This document shows, one piece after another, positions 10,282-23,775 of a DNA stretch of 54,099 nt (positions within the stretch are counted from its first letter, which is position 1; every line of letters begins with the position of its first letter). The notes under the pieces are model-generated. The model was not told the origin of the DNA. It did no database searches and saw only the letters and a list, made by a program, of their open reading frames with translations. This DNA is from Candidatus Staskawiczbacteria bacterium (lineage in GTDB: Bacteria > Patescibacteriota > Minisyncoccia > Minisyncoccales > Staskawiczbacteraceae): NCBI GenBank assembly GCA_016866675.1, contig VGLO01000001.1:1-54099 (forward strand), given 5' to 3'. The position numbers and the translations under genes were made by a program.

Positions 10282-10389
10282 AGATTATTAACTATTATCA
10301 TACTAGATTTAGAGCCTACCAGCAACTTCTTGACGAATTATTTATTAAATGTTATTTAAAGATTAGCACTTCTAGAAAGAGAGGTCTAA

Positions 10390-10677
10390 ATGTACGAGGA
10401 AAGTCCTAAAAATTTTCAATTAAGTAAAATGCTTGAGCTCTCAGAAAAAAAATTTACATGGTCGATGATGGGGTGTGTTATTTTAACCATCACTCTTATT
10501 GTAATTTCACTTTTTGAACTCAAGGACGAGTCATACATTTATTTTATATGCGACCTACTTTTTGCTTTAATATTTTTTTACATACTAATAGTTCTCTCCC
10601 GAAAGAGAAAGAAAATTCACGACAAGAAGATTATTCTCCAGCAAATGGAAGAAGTAGTTAAAAAATCTAAAACGTAA
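10390..10677 (+). CDS. Small 2-TM orphan protein, SD-led cassette
   Basis: TTGACG at 10330 (weak -10), AGCACTT leader, SD GAGAGG, terminator 10684-10706. Confidence 0.7.
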   Translation: MYEESPKNFQLSKMLELSEKKFTWSMMGCVILTITLIVISLFELKDESYIYFICDLLFALIFFYILIVLSRKRKKIHDKKIILQQMEEVVKKSKT

Positions 10678-10807
10678 CAAAATAAGAGCGTAAAACCGCT
10701 CTTTTTATTTTTTAAAAATAAGCTCGATAATTATTGACCCTAAGTAAATTTTATGTTATATTTTGGGAGTTATTCGTTCATTAACCTTTACACAACTGGA
10801 GGGTCAG

Positions 10808-11110
10808 ATGCAACTTTACTATTTAGACCTTGAATGGTCGTGGTTTGAGGAAAATGGCAGTGATGAGAGTTACACACGACACTGGTGGTATATAAAGGCC
10901 GTTGTTGCTCACGAAAGTGAAGAAGCGGCTATTAATCTTATAAAGAGTAAAAACGATAACATAGGGAACGAAGACTATCTTCAACTGAGAAGTCGTCATA
11001 TAGATGTAATCGGTTCAACCGCTCAAAATAATCCTGAAATCATTTTTTCTGTCGCACAAAGTGATGAAGAAGATGATGATAACAATGATGGATGGTACAT
11101 ATTAGAGTAG
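10808..11110 (+). CDS. Small acidic orphan protein, SD-led cassette (100 aa)
   Basis: TTGACC-17-TATATT (10734-10762); SD GGAGG places the start at ATG 10808; terminator 11135-11164. Confidence 0.75.
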   Translation: MQLYYLDLEWSWFEENGSDESYTRHWWYIKAVVAHESEEAAINLIKSKNDNIGNEDYLQLRSRHIDVIGSTAQNNPEIIFSVAQSDEEDDDNNDGWYILE

Positions 11111-11170
11111 GCAGAATCTGTTTAGTCACAACCAAAAAGCCCAGGAGATTCCCGGGCTCTTTTATTACAA

Positions 11171-12631
11171 TTATTTTGGTCGCATCAACGGGAAAATTTG
11201 AGTTTCGCGAGCAGGCTTATCCATTAAGAATGAAAATAGCCTTTCTGATAGGCCAAATCCGCAGGTTGGAGGCATTCCGTATTCTAAGGCCTCAACAAAG
11301 TCATAATCTGCCATTTGAGCCTCCTGATCCCCTGCTTTTCTTAATTTTTCCTGCTCCTTGAATCTTTCTTCTTGGTCTTGAGGATCATTTAGCTCTGAAT
11401 ATCCATTACCCATTTCAGACCCAGCTAAAATAACTTGGAATCTCTGTGCCATTTTTTCATTTTTTTCATCTCTTTTAGCCAGCGGAGAAACATCAATCGG
11501 TAACCCAATTAAAAATCCGGGCCCAGATAAATTCTTTCTGCAATACTTCCACAAGTTATCAATGGCGCGAGTCTTATTAAATCCCTTTTTATCATAGGTA
11601 ATTTCCAACTTCTGCAATTGCTTTTCCATTTCAGGTAAACTAGCTTCAAAAATATCTATCTTTGCGTATTTATTAATAATGGTCCAATAGTCGTATTTCT
11701 CCCACTTTTTGCCAAAATCAATCTGAAATCCTTTAATATTAAAGTCTAAAGTTCCAAAAGTTTCTTTAATTACATACTTATAAAGCTCTTCAACTAAATC
11801 CATTCCCATCTGATAATCAGCATAGGCCCAGTAAAACTCCATTTGAGTGTAATCTTGCAAATGCTCTGCATCCATTCCCTCGTTTCTGAATTGCCTGCCA
11901 ATTTCAAAGGTTTTTTCAAAACCTGCTACCATTAATTTTTTTTGCCAAAGCTCGCCAGTTGAAATTCTCAAGTATACATCTAAATCCAGTGCATTATGAT
12001 GCGTAGTAAAAGGCTTTGCATCGGCCCCCCCAGTTGTCACCTCTAAAACAGGAGTTTCAACTTCCAAAAAACCTTTTTTAATTAAAAAATTTCTCATTGA
12101 ATTCCAAAAAGTTGCGCGTTTTTGAATCATATCTTTCACCTCTGGATTAAATAAAATATCTAAATAGCGTTTTCTAAGTCTTTCTTCAACATCCTGAAGC
12201 CCATGCCATTTTTCAGGCAATGGCAATAAAGACTTTGAAAGTATTTTATAATCTTCTGCTTCAATGGTTTTTTCTCCACGCTTAGTAGTGATTAAATTTC
12301 CGGTAATTTCAATAAAGTCACCTATATCAAAATGATCTATTAAAAATTTATAACCCTTCTCCCCCACCTTATCAGTTTTAACAAGTCCTTGGATTTTTGC
12401 AGTGCCATCTTGAATGTCTAAAAATGTCGCTCCACCATGACCCCTCATTGCCATAATTCTTCCTGATACCGCAATTGATTTTTTGGACTTAAATATTTTA
12501 CCAAATAACAAAAGTGCCTCTTGGATTGCATGGGTTCTTTTTGTTTTTGCGGGATAGGCCAAAAGTCCCGCATCTTTTATGGATTTTAGTTTTTCTAATC
12601 TGACTTTTTTAAGCTCTTCTAGAGTTGGCAT
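11171..12631 (-). CDS. lysS: Lysine--tRNA ligase (class II)
   Basis: LPEKWHGL.D.E.R.R.RYLD, GGADAKPF, FRNEG, YGMPPT.G. Confidence 0.98.
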   Translation of the reverse strand: MPTLEELKKVRLEKLKSIKDAGLLAYPAKTKRTHAIQEALLLFGKIFKSKKSIAVSGRIMAMRGHGGATFLDIQDGTAKIQGLVKTDKVGEKGYKFLIDHFDIGDFIEITGNLITTKRGEKTIEAEDYKILSKSLLPLPEKWHGLQDVEERLRKRYLDILFNPEVKDMIQKRATFWNSMRNFLIKKGFLEVETPVLEVTTGGADAKPFTTHHNALDLDVYLRISTGELWQKKLMVAGFEKTFEIGRQFRNEGMDAEHLQDYTQMEFYWAYADYQMGMDLVEELYKYVIKETFGTLDFNIKGFQIDFGKKWEKYDYWTIINKYAKIDIFEASLPEMEKQLQKLEITYDKKGFNKTRAIDNLWKYCRKNLSGPGFLIGLPIDVSPLAKRDEKNEKMAQRFQVILAGSEMGNGYSELNDPQDQEERFKEQEKLRKAGDQEAQMADYDFVEALEYGMPPTCGFGLSERLFSFLMDKPARETQIFPLMRPK

Positions 12632-12741
12632 ATACTGAATTATATCAAAATATAATCAAATGGCAAATAATTGACATTAACTAATCTTAGTGATAATCTT
12701 TATTGAGATTTACTACCAAAAACTCTTTAAAGGAGGAGACT

Positions 12742-12960
12742 ATGTTCTTTGAATGCTTTATAGACGAAGAAGCCAAAAAAGAAGGCGTTTCTTTTTTTGT
12801 TATGGGAAGCAACTATAAAAAAGCCAGAGAAAGGGCTGCAATTTTTCTTGAGTACTTTGAAATGCCAACCGAGGATCTTATTATAAGGAGACCAAGAAGT
12901 CCTAGGCGATTGCCAAAAAAGAAGCGTAGCAAAATTCTTTCCTGCAGAAGAAGTAATTAA
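12742..12960 (+). CDS. Small orphan protein with basic tail, SD-led cassette (72 aa)
   Basis: TTGACA-17-TAATCT (12671-12699), ACTCTTTAA, SD AAGGAGG, terminator 12986-13019. Confidence 0.75.
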   Translation: MFFECFIDEEAKKEGVSFFVMGSNYKKARERAAIFLEYFEMPTEDLIIRRPRSPRRLPKKKRSKILSCRRSN

Positions 12961-13080
12961 TTCAAAGAACATTTTTTGAAAAAACAATGGGCGATTTGAA
13001 CTTTAAAGCGCCCATTTTTATTTGACAAAAATTATAATAAGTATTATATTATTCTAGAACCCTTAACCATGGAGGTAGAG

Positions 13081-13479
13081 GTGAAAATTTCATTATTTCG
13101 CAGGATACTCCAAATTCAGACAGAATTTAAGCTTGAGCTCATTGCAAAAAAACAGATACATTTTGATTCTCTCATAGAAAAAGGAAATGAATTAAGAATT
13201 GAATGGGAGAAACAAATTGCTAGACAAAAACAGTGGAAGGAAAAATGTCTTTCAATAATGTGTCCTGATTGTGAATACGGGCAAACAGAATGCAGATGTC
13301 ACTGTAAGGCAGACTATGATTTCTTAGTAGAAGAAATTAGGTCTCTCGCTGGAATAAACCCAGTCATAAGACATGGAAGCCCAATTCATGATGAAGACAA
13401 GTCATCTGGACCAGTCGGCTACCGTGTTTGCGGAAAAGACAGCTGGGACAATGCTGTGAGAGAATATGAAAACTTATAG
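13081..13479 (+). CDS. Orphan protein with CPDC...CRCHC cluster, SD-led cassette
   Basis: TTGACA-17-TATATT (13022-13050); SD GGAGGT before GTG 13081; terminator 13478-13499. Confidence 0.75.
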   Translation: MKISLFRRILQIQTEFKLELIAKKQIHFDSLIEKGNELRIEWEKQIARQKQWKEKCLSIMCPDCEYGQTECRCHCKADYDFLVEEIRSLAGINPVIRHGSPIHDEDKSSGPVGYRVCGKDSWDNAVREYENL

Positions 13480-13497
13480 AGCGGAAATCCGCTCTTT

Positions 13498-15426
13498 TTA
13501 TTTGCTTGAAAAGTAATATTGCAAAACATCATAGGCAACCGGCAAAGTAGCTGCCCTTAACCCTTCAACGCCCTCAATTGTAGTCACAAAAACTATTTCT
13601 GGATTTTCATATGGTGCATAGCTTGATGACCATGTATTAAAAAATCCCGATTTATTTGTTTCTACTGTACCTGTTTTTCCTGCTACATCAACAGGTAAAT
13701 CATTTAACATATAAGAAGACCCATAAGGCATTTTTACTCCATCTCTCATGCCTTCTTGAATTACTTTTATATTTTCTAGGTCAATAGATATTTTTGAATT
13801 TATAATTGGCTCAAAACTTTTAATTATTTCTGCGTCTTTACCAGAGCCTTGCACTACTTTTTGAACAACTTGCGGTTGATATAAAGTACCGCCATTGGCA
13901 ATAGCTGAATATGCTAAGGCAACTTGTAGTGGTGTCACCTGCAAATCAGATTGTCCTATGGACAAGTTGTATGTATCTCCATCCCACCATGATTCTTTTT
14001 TTACTTGTTTTTTCCACTCGGGACTTGGCACAAAACCAGCAAATTCTCCGGGTAAATCAATCCCAGTTTTTTGCTCCCATCCATACATATCAAGATAATT
14101 TTTTATTCTTGTTGGTCCCAACCCTTTTTGATCTTCATATCCCCCACCAATTGTATAAAAATAAATGTTTGAAGAAACAGCTAATGCTTTTCTCATATCA
14201 ACTAAACCATGAGGTTTTACTCCTCCAAATCTGTAAGAAATATCTGGATCATTTTGATTTTTAATTAAGATGTATCCTGGATCGTTTATTTGTTTTTCTG
14301 GAGAAATTATATTTTCTTGAAGAGCCCCAGAAGCTAAAAACGGCTTTATCGTAGAGCCCGTTGGATATTGAGCGGAAATAGACCTATTGAAAAATGGTTG
14401 ATTAGGATCGTTTAATAGCTTACTAAATTCATCTTGAGAAACACCCTTGCTAAAAATATTATTGTCGTAGCTTGGATACGATACTAATGCCAAAATGGCA
14501 CCGTTTTGTGGGTTAATTGCCACAGCTGAACCCTTTTTTGCACCAATATTTTTGATTGATTTTTCTAAGGCGTTATAAACCTCTGTTTGAAAGTCTGAAT
14601 TAATATTTAAAACTAAGTTATAGCCTTCCTTTGGTTCAGATAAAATTTTGTCTCCCCTTTTGACGCCAATAGCATCTCGAATAACTTCTGTTTTACCGGG
14701 AGTCCCTCTTAAATATTTTTCGTAAAACTTTTCAAGCCCCAATTTTCCAATGTAGTCGTTTACTGAATAATCAATTGACGATTCAAGCTCGCTACTACTT
14801 ATTCTACCGTTATGCCCCAGAACATGTGAGAATATTGGACCCAAGACATAACTTCTTGATGTGTTTTTTTCTATTACGCAGTCAGGTAATTCATTTTTTT
14901 TTGTTTCTAGAAATAAAATTGTTTCATGACTTAAATTTTCAGATATTAAAACCTGTGGGCTAACAGATGACTCAATATGGATTTTTAAATCATTTGCATC
15001 TTTTTTTAATACTTCTGCCATTACTTTTATTTCACTCTCAAATAAATTTGAATCAGAAAAGTTCCTCTTGTCACAACTTAAGTCATAAGCTGGTGAATTC
15101 GAAACAATTTTTTTATAATTATTGTCATAAATTATTCCCCTTTCTGGCCTTATTATGCTTATTTTTCCTTTATTATTTTCAGCTAAAGTAAAAAGCTTAT
15201 TACCATCAAAAACCTGAAGAAAAAATGTTTTAGTAATCAGTAATCCAGAAATAATAAAAAATAAAGCAAAAATTGAATAAATAATCTTTTCATTAATCTT
15301 AACTTCAAATTTTTTCTCTGAAATACCAAGCTCCTGCTCTTTTATGTGAGCAATTTTATCTAAAAAAACCTCATGTGTTTCAATGTCGTAAAAAGCCTCT
15401 CTTAATTTGTACTTATTAAGTTTCAT
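13498..15426 (-). CDS. mrdA: Penicillin-binding protein 2
   Basis: RG.IYD, STIK (SxxK), SSN (SxN), KTG; downstream of mreCD. Confidence 0.95.
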   Translation of the reverse strand: MKLNKYKLREAFYDIETHEVFLDKIAHIKEQELGISEKKFEVKINEKIIYSIFALFFIISGLLITKTFFLQVFDGNKLFTLAENNKGKISIIRPERGIIYDNNYKKIVSNSPAYDLSCDKRNFSDSNLFESEIKVMAEVLKKDANDLKIHIESSVSPQVLISENLSHETILFLETKKNELPDCVIEKNTSRSYVLGPIFSHVLGHNGRISSSELESSIDYSVNDYIGKLGLEKFYEKYLRGTPGKTEVIRDAIGVKRGDKILSEPKEGYNLVLNINSDFQTEVYNALEKSIKNIGAKKGSAVAINPQNGAILALVSYPSYDNNIFSKGVSQDEFSKLLNDPNQPFFNRSISAQYPTGSTIKPFLASGALQENIISPEKQINDPGYILIKNQNDPDISYRFGGVKPHGLVDMRKALAVSSNIYFYTIGGGYEDQKGLGPTRIKNYLDMYGWEQKTGIDLPGEFAGFVPSPEWKKQVKKESWWDGDTYNLSIGQSDLQVTPLQVALAYSAIANGGTLYQPQVVQKVVQGSGKDAEIIKSFEPIINSKISIDLENIKVIQEGMRDGVKMPYGSSYMLNDLPVDVAGKTGTVETNKSGFFNTWSSSYAPYENPEIVFVTTIEGVEGLRAATLPVAYDVLQYYFSSK

Positions 15427-15428
15427 TA

Positions 15429-15953
15429 TTAAAGCAGTTTAAGCTGATTTGTATCTTTTTTATAAATTACTAATTTGTAAAGGTAAAATCCAATTCCAGC
15501 AAAAATTATATTGTATAATAAACCAATTAAAACCATGTAGCTAAATGAAAATCCAGTATCAAATTTAAAAAAGAATGAAACAAAATATCCAATTAAATGA
15601 TACAGTATAAAAAATAAAGAAAATATTGCTAGAAAATAATATATAGAAATTTTTTCTTGACCACTTTTTGAGAGGTAGGAAAAAGCTTTCTCTAATCCAA
15701 AAATAAGCAGTAATATAATAAATGAAATTCCAAAATAGGAAATAGTTGTTATATCAAGAAAAATACTGCATACAAAAGCCATAAAAATGATTGTCTCATA
15801 CTTTCCTTTATTTTCAAAAAAAATCACTAAAAAGAATATTATAAACAATAAATTAGGTGTATATCCTGCAATACTAAAATATGGCAATAAGCTAAACTGA
15901 AATATTGTTGCAAAAAAAAGTATTAAAACTATTAAAGGGTATTTAAACCACAT
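15429..15953 (-). CDS. mreD: Rod shape-determining protein MreD
   Basis: Multi-TM with PNLL motif, between mreC and mrdA. Confidence 0.75.
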   Translation of the reverse strand: MWFKYPLIVLILFFATIFQFSLLPYFSIAGYTPNLLFIIFFLVIFFENKGKYETIIFMAFVCSIFLDITTISYFGISFIILLLIFGLEKAFSYLSKSGQEKISIYYFLAIFSLFFILYHLIGYFVSFFFKFDTGFSFSYMVLIGLLYNIIFAGIGFYLYKLVIYKKDTNQLKLL

Positions 15954-16043
15954 ATGATTTTATGAAACAAAGCGAGTAAAGTCATGTCACTCATTTGACC
16001 TGGTAAGTATACCTTGGGAGTCAAATAAGCGACGGGCTTTATT
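15954..16043. repeat. About 90-nt two-hairpin intergenic element, copy 2
   Basis: TGATTTTA-N5-CAAAGCGAG-TAAAGTCA plus ATTTGAC/GTCAAAT hairpin. Confidence 0.45.
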
Positions 16044-16871
16044 TTACTTTTTATAATTTTCAATTAAAAATAAGTTATCACTATTGCCTATTTCAAAATA
16101 ATGCTCAACTTTTGCAGTTTGAAATGGCTTTAAATCACTTTTATCTACTGATATAACTTTTCCAATTAACAAGTTTGGTGGGAAAAAACCCTCTAAGCCA
16201 GAAGTGACTATTAAATCATCTTGATTAAGATTTAATTCTGCATCAACCAAATCCAAATAAACACTTTGTCTGCCCTTTCCCCTTAATACTCCAAAGATTG
16301 TTTTTTCTTCTATGTTTTTTGGTTGCACTTTAACATCAACAGTGCTTTCTTTGGCTGACAATAATAAAACACTCGAGAAATTTTTAAAAACTTTTGTGAC
16401 TCTTCCATAAACTGACATTTCTTTGGAAATCAAAAGCATCCCCTCTAAAACACCGTCTTCCTGACCTTTATTTATTCCAATTGTGTCATTTTCTAAATTT
16501 ATTCCATTTATTTTTACAAGCATGAGTGAAAAATTGAGATCTTCTGAATTTTCTACAGCAATACTAGTATCATTAAATTCTTTTATTTTATCTTTTAAAA
16601 TTGACATCTCGTACATAATTTCCTTATTTTGCCTTTCTAATTCATCGCTTTTTTTTCTTATCTTTTTTGATAATAAAATATTACCAAAAAAATAGTTTAA
16701 GCTCTCTCCGGTGCCCATAAAAACGTTGGCTATTGGGCTTGATGATAAATAAAAAAAATTTCTAACTGGCCCAGAAAAAAGATTAAGTAGTGTTATTGAA
16801 ATAATAAAAACCAGCGACCTTATTAGAATTTTTTGTGAAAAAATAAATTGTTTTTTACTTCTTAAATTCAT
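16044..16871 (-). CDS. mreC: Rod shape-determining protein MreC
   Basis: TM, coiled coil, INKG..DGV..G, VTSG..G.FP....IG.V. Confidence 0.92.
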   Translation of the reverse strand: MNLRSKKQFIFSQKILIRSLVFIISITLLNLFSGPVRNFFYLSSSPIANVFMGTGESLNYFFGNILLSKKIRKKSDELERQNKEIMYEMSILKDKIKEFNDTSIAVENSEDLNFSLMLVKINGINLENDTIGINKGQEDGVLEGMLLISKEMSVYGRVTKVFKNFSSVLLLSAKESTVDVKVQPKNIEEKTIFGVLRGKGRQSVYLDLVDAELNLNQDDLIVTSGLEGFFPPNLLIGKVISVDKSDLKPFQTAKVEHYFEIGNSDNLFLIENYKK

Positions 16872-16998
16872 TGTAATTTTTCACTCTATCAAAAATAGTC
16901 TTATCAATCAAATTATGACATTTTAGTAATTATTCAATAGGATTGACATAATCTACTAAGTAAAGTACTATTTTGGTAGCACTTAAAAGGAGGTTTTT

Positions 16999-17317
16999 AT
17001 GCTAATCATTGATAAGAATACTGAAAGTAACTTTATGGCTGCGAAGTTACGAATTGATTAAAGCGGGATTTAATAGAAGGCTTGATTTCATTAAGAATAA
17101 GCTAGTATATAAGAGATTTTTTAGGGAATTTTCCGTGGACCCAAGTAGTTTCTTGTACTACTTTGACCTAGATGTGATGTTTCCTACACAAAAATGTGTA
17201 GACTTAATGAAAGAGTTATATATAGAGCATGATGATATGCACATGATACTGACGATATTTTACTATACTACGGAAGTTAAGGGAAAAATCTTTGATGATT
17301 TTTTTAGAGAAAACTAA
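16999..17317 (+). pseudogene. SD-led orphan cassette with an apparent frameshift
   Basis: TTGACA-17-TACTAT and SD AAGGAGGT before ATG 16999; this frame stops at 17061, while the +1 frame stays open to 17317; terminator 17319-17346. Confidence 0.6.
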
Positions 17318-17539
17318 AACCGACCATAATGGCCGGTCTTTTTTTATATTAATTTCTAGAATTGAGTTCTAGAATTCAATTCTCAAATGCTTTCGAGCTG
17401 TTTGTTTTGGAATTTTTAGCGAGGCAAAGAAAAAATTCTGAAGCTTATCCCATGCGATATGTTGAGCGATTTTTGCAAAATCGCAGCAAAAATTACAAAC
17501 AAAAAGCCGAAACTTTCGGCATTTGTGTATTGAGTTCTA

Positions 17540-17651
17540 TGGTGGCAACTACCTACTCTCGCGTTCATCACACTACCATCGGCCTTGATGTATTTCACTT
17601 CCGAGTTCGAAATGGGATCGGGTGGGACAACACCAGTATAATTGCCACCAC
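17540..17651 (-). rRNA. rrf: 5S rRNA
   Basis: CCCGAUCCCAUUUCGAACUCGGAAGUGAA core; terminal helix UGGUGGCAA/UUGCCACCA. Confidence 0.95.
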
Positions 17652-17730
17652 AAAACTCAATTTGTGGACTAAGTTTACTTTAAAGCAAAATTCTGTATCT
17701 TGCAAAAAACTCAATTTTCTGAGTTTATCG

Positions 17731-20776
<3,046 letters not shown>

Positions 20777-21125
20777 CGATAAACTCAATTATCGAATTCG
20801 TTTTAATTCCATACCGCTTTTTGCGGTCGGCATAGAATTTATCTTGCGTAAGATACAGTTTTTTCTTGTACAGCACGGGTGTGACGTACAAGAGTATGCT
20901 TTACCTTCACCTTTTTTTGGTGAAGAATTTTGATTACCTTTATTCTACTAAATAAGACCCATCTTAAAATTAGTAGAATGGCCCTGTTGAATTTCAACTT
21001 AGTAAAAAACTCATATATGCCTTTTGGGCATATTTTAACAGGGTTAAAATTTTCAAGCAACTTTCATAATTAGTCCGCGATTAAAAATATTTTTACTTTC
21101 AATCGCGGGCTAACTAATTTCAAAC

Positions 21126-21254
21126 AAAAAAATCCGCGTCAAGCGGATCCAACTGATACAAAAATTCAGACAATCATCCGCTTGCTTTATTTTGTTTAGA
21201 TTTAGTTTGATATAACATTAAGGCCATTCTAATCTATTTAAAAAGCAGTGTCAA
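21126..21254 (-). promoter_or_regulatory. 23S-5S promoter and leader with terminator/antiterminator-like pairing
   Basis: TTGACA-17-TAGAAT (21254-21226); hairpin ATCCGC/GCGGAT plus U-tract; upstream CAAGCGGAT complements its 5' arm. Confidence 0.7.
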
Positions 21255-21306
21255 GTCCAATTACTAGTTTAATTAAATCTAAAGATTAAACCCATACTTT
21301 TAAAGC

Positions 21307-21335
21307 AAAAGCGCCCCGAAAAACAGGGCGCTTTT
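21307..21335. terminator. Intrinsic terminator
   Basis: AAAAGCGCCC/GGGCGCTTTT. Confidence 0.75.
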
Positions 21336-21353
21336 AGCATTTATTATTAACTC

Positions 21354-22049
21354 TTACCTCTGAGTTATTTTATTTCTCATGTCTTTGAGTGCATCAGCTG
21401 CTACTTCCTTTCCGCCTAACCCAATCGCAATAGCAATTCCTAATGACAAAGTCCCAACAATACCCCAGACAATTGCCATATATAATGTCTTAATCAAATC
21501 GCTTGTAGGTAATAATTGCTCCAGAATCAAGAATATTGTAAATATCCAAATTGACCACTTAATAATCATTGAAGCTAAATGTCCGTACCCCACTTTCATT
21601 CTTTCAACTGTAATTCTGACAACCTTTTCAATAATGTCAGAAATTATTACTGCCACAACAAATATTAAAGCAGCAACAACTACGTTTGGTAAGTAATTTA
21701 ATACTTGAGTTAATACTCCACCAAATTGTGATAACTGAAGAATATCTACAGAAATAAGTAATGAAACTATTACAAAAACCCACTTTACAATAGCTCCAAT
21801 AAACTCTGATGGATCAACGTCGACATTTGCTCTTTGTAGGGCCTTGTGCCATCCCTCTTTGTCAAAAATTTTATTAAACTTTACTGACTTTAAAATTTCA
21901 GAGATTACTCTTCCAACACCAACTGAAATTAAGTATCCAACTACAAAAACTATTACAGCCAACAAAAGTTTTGCAGCAAAACCTATAAACCCTTGCAGAA
22001 ATGGCTGAATAATTATTAAAAACCATTCGTTATATGTCATTTTTAACAT
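21354..22049 (-). CDS. TM-helix repeat protein (CmpX / small mechanosensitive channel-associated)
   Basis: Repeated TM units, YLPNVVVA.LI, AIAIGLGGKE.A; start may be 22040. Confidence 0.8.
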   Translation of the reverse strand: MLKMTYNEWFLIIIQPFLQGFIGFAAKLLLAVIVFVVGYLISVGVGRVISEILKSVKFNKIFDKEGWHKALQRANVDVDPSEFIGAIVKWVFVIVSLLISVDILQLSQFGGVLTQVLNYLPNVVVAALIFVVAVIISDIIEKVVRITVERMKVGYGHLASMIIKWSIWIFTIFLILEQLLPTSDLIKTLYMAIVWGIVGTLSLGIAIAIGLGGKEVAADALKDMRNKITQR

Positions 22050-22274
22050 GAAACTTAAAACGTGAAACGTGAAACAATGGTTTTACGCCTCAAATAAAAA
22101 GTTTCAAATTTATTTAGTTCGCCCTTAAATTATAAAGTCGACCACGAAAAGAGCGTTGTTAATTCTATTTATCAATTATCCTATTTTTTGCACACACAAA
22201 TCAATACCTCCTGTGGATAAGTAAGGAAGCACAACGAACACTCATCCCAAGTAAAGCGAAGGATTACCGTATAA

Positions 22275-23000
22275 CTATTTAATATACTGTTCCCAATCTT
22301 TAGGTAAATCAATTTTCAAATGAATATCCTTATCTCCAGTAGCTGATTTAAATGATAATCCTGTTGCACAAAGAGCAATGGAATTATTATCTTGCCATTC
22401 ATCAGTCCCCTTTTTTTGATCCTGTCTGCCGGTAGACAGGTGTTCTTTGTCTCCTAGAATTGGATGACCTAATTCAGCCATTTGAATTCTGATTTGGTGA
22501 AACCTTCCGGTTTTGGGTAAAATTTCAAGTAAACTATATTTTCCGTTTGACTTTACCACTTTATAACTTAACTCAGCTGTTCTTGTTTTAGTAGCCTTTT
22601 TAACAGCCTCTAAAATTTCCTTATCACTTTTTTTTGCAAATCCTTCAGCAAAAAATGAAACCTTACTCACCTTCTCTTTTAGCTCTCCTTGTTTTTCTTT
22701 TAATTCCCCAAAAACAATTGCATTGTAAGTTTTTTGTATGGCGTGGTTGCGAAACTGCTCTGACAACCTTGAGGCTCCTTTAGATGTTTTCGCAAAAACC
22801 ATAATTCCTGTGACAGGCTTGTCCAGTCTATGAACAAGACCCAAAAAAACATTTCCGGGCTTATTATACTTTTCTTTTAAGTAATTTTTAACTTCGTCAA
22901 AAATACTAGGTTTTCCTGTCATATCACCATGACTCAAAACACCCGCTGGTTTTAACACTGCTATTATATGGTTGTCTTCGTATAAAACTTTTAATTCCAT
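22275..23000 (-). CDS. RluA/RluD family pseudouridine synthase
   Basis: KPAG, VHRLDK (catalytic Asp), TGRFHQIR, GHPILGD. Confidence 0.93.
   Translation of the reverse strand: MELKVLYEDNHIIAVLKPAGVLSHGDMTGKPSIFDEVKNYLKEKYNKPGNVFLGLVHRLDKPVTGIMVFAKTSKGASRLSEQFRNHAIQKTYNAIVFGELKEKQGELKEKVSKVSFFAEGFAKKSDKEILEAVKKATKTRTAELSYKVVKSNGKYSLLEILPKTGRFHQIRIQMAELGHPILGDKEHLSTGRQDQKKGTDEWQDNNSIALCATGLSFKSATGDKDIHLKIDLPKDWEQYIK
22421..22440. repeat. 20-nt palindrome inside the pseudouridine synthase CDS
   Basis: CCTGTCTGCCGGTAGACAGG, read as LSTGRQ just after GHPILGD. Confidence 0.65.
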
Positions 23001-23066
23001 TTTAAGTATGATACAGGTAAATTAGAGTACTTTCAATTCCCCTCTCAAAAGAAAGGAGGAGAACGC

Positions 23067-23348
23067 ATGAGGATCAGCTTTTTCAATTACCGCTTGGAAT
23101 TGAAAAAGGGATCGTCCAATGGCCCATTTCTTAGTGTTAATTGGCCATTGGTTGACCTGCCCGTTGCAGGTTCGAAGTTGGCCTTCGCAGTTTTGCGGAA
23201 CGGCCAGTCGAGTAAGGAAAGGATTGTCAATTCTGAAGTCTTAGTTGTCCAAGAAAGGGACAACTCCGCCCTAATTTGGGTGGACATGGAGGAGCTGAGT
23301 GATGAAGAGTTCGTTGGAAATTGGCGAAACTATTCGCCACCACATTAA
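23067..23348 (+). CDS. Small orphan protein, SD-led cassette
   Basis: AGTACTTTCAA leader, SD AAGGAGG, hairpin 23358-23383; higher GC than neighbours. Confidence 0.7.
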   Translation: MRISFFNYRLELKKGSSNGPFLSVNWPLVDLPVAGSKLAFAVLRNGQSSKERIVNSEVLVVQERDNSALIWVDMEELSDEEFVGNWRNYSPPH

Positions 23349-23388
23349 TTTCGCCTAAACCCCGCAACAATGTTGCGGGGTTGAACAT

Positions 23389-23682
23389 TTAGACTAATAA
23401 TCTTTTAATCCTTTCTGCTTCCCCTTCTACAACGCTACCGTCATATTCTCCACTGTGACCAGTTGAGCCCTCATATGAAGGCTTTTTTTGGTCCAAGTGT
23501 AAGTTAAATGAAAACCCATCACCACTTTCTTTAATATATAAATGAAACCTTGGATAATCTGCTCCGCCCATTTTTCTAATTACGCTAAACTCCCCTGCTT
23601 TCTGAAAATAAGCCGGCTGATATCCAATTGTCCTCATAATGTCGTTTATACTTTTATTAATATTAGTAATTGAAAATTCCAT
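23389..23682 (-). CDS. Hypothetical protein (YPRFHLY..LHLDQK), paralog A
   Basis: Aligns by eye with 23776-24081; no SD. Confidence 0.8.
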   Translation of the reverse strand: MEFSITNINKSINDIMRTIGYQPAYFQKAGEFSVIRKMGGADYPRFHLYIKESGDGFSFNLHLDQKKPSYEGSTGHSGEYDGSVVEGEAERIKRLLV

Positions 23683-23775
23683 ATTTTTTATTTTCCCGAC
23701 GCCAAAGCCGTAAAGGATCCGCGTATGAATTTAATCACATTAAATTTATCGGGACAAATTGCATTTTTAGTTTGA

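Noticed and set aside
17345..17530. Nested hairpins downstream of 5S as a separate ncRNA
   Set aside because: No own promoter; adequately explained as rRNA trailer or palindromic repeat sequence
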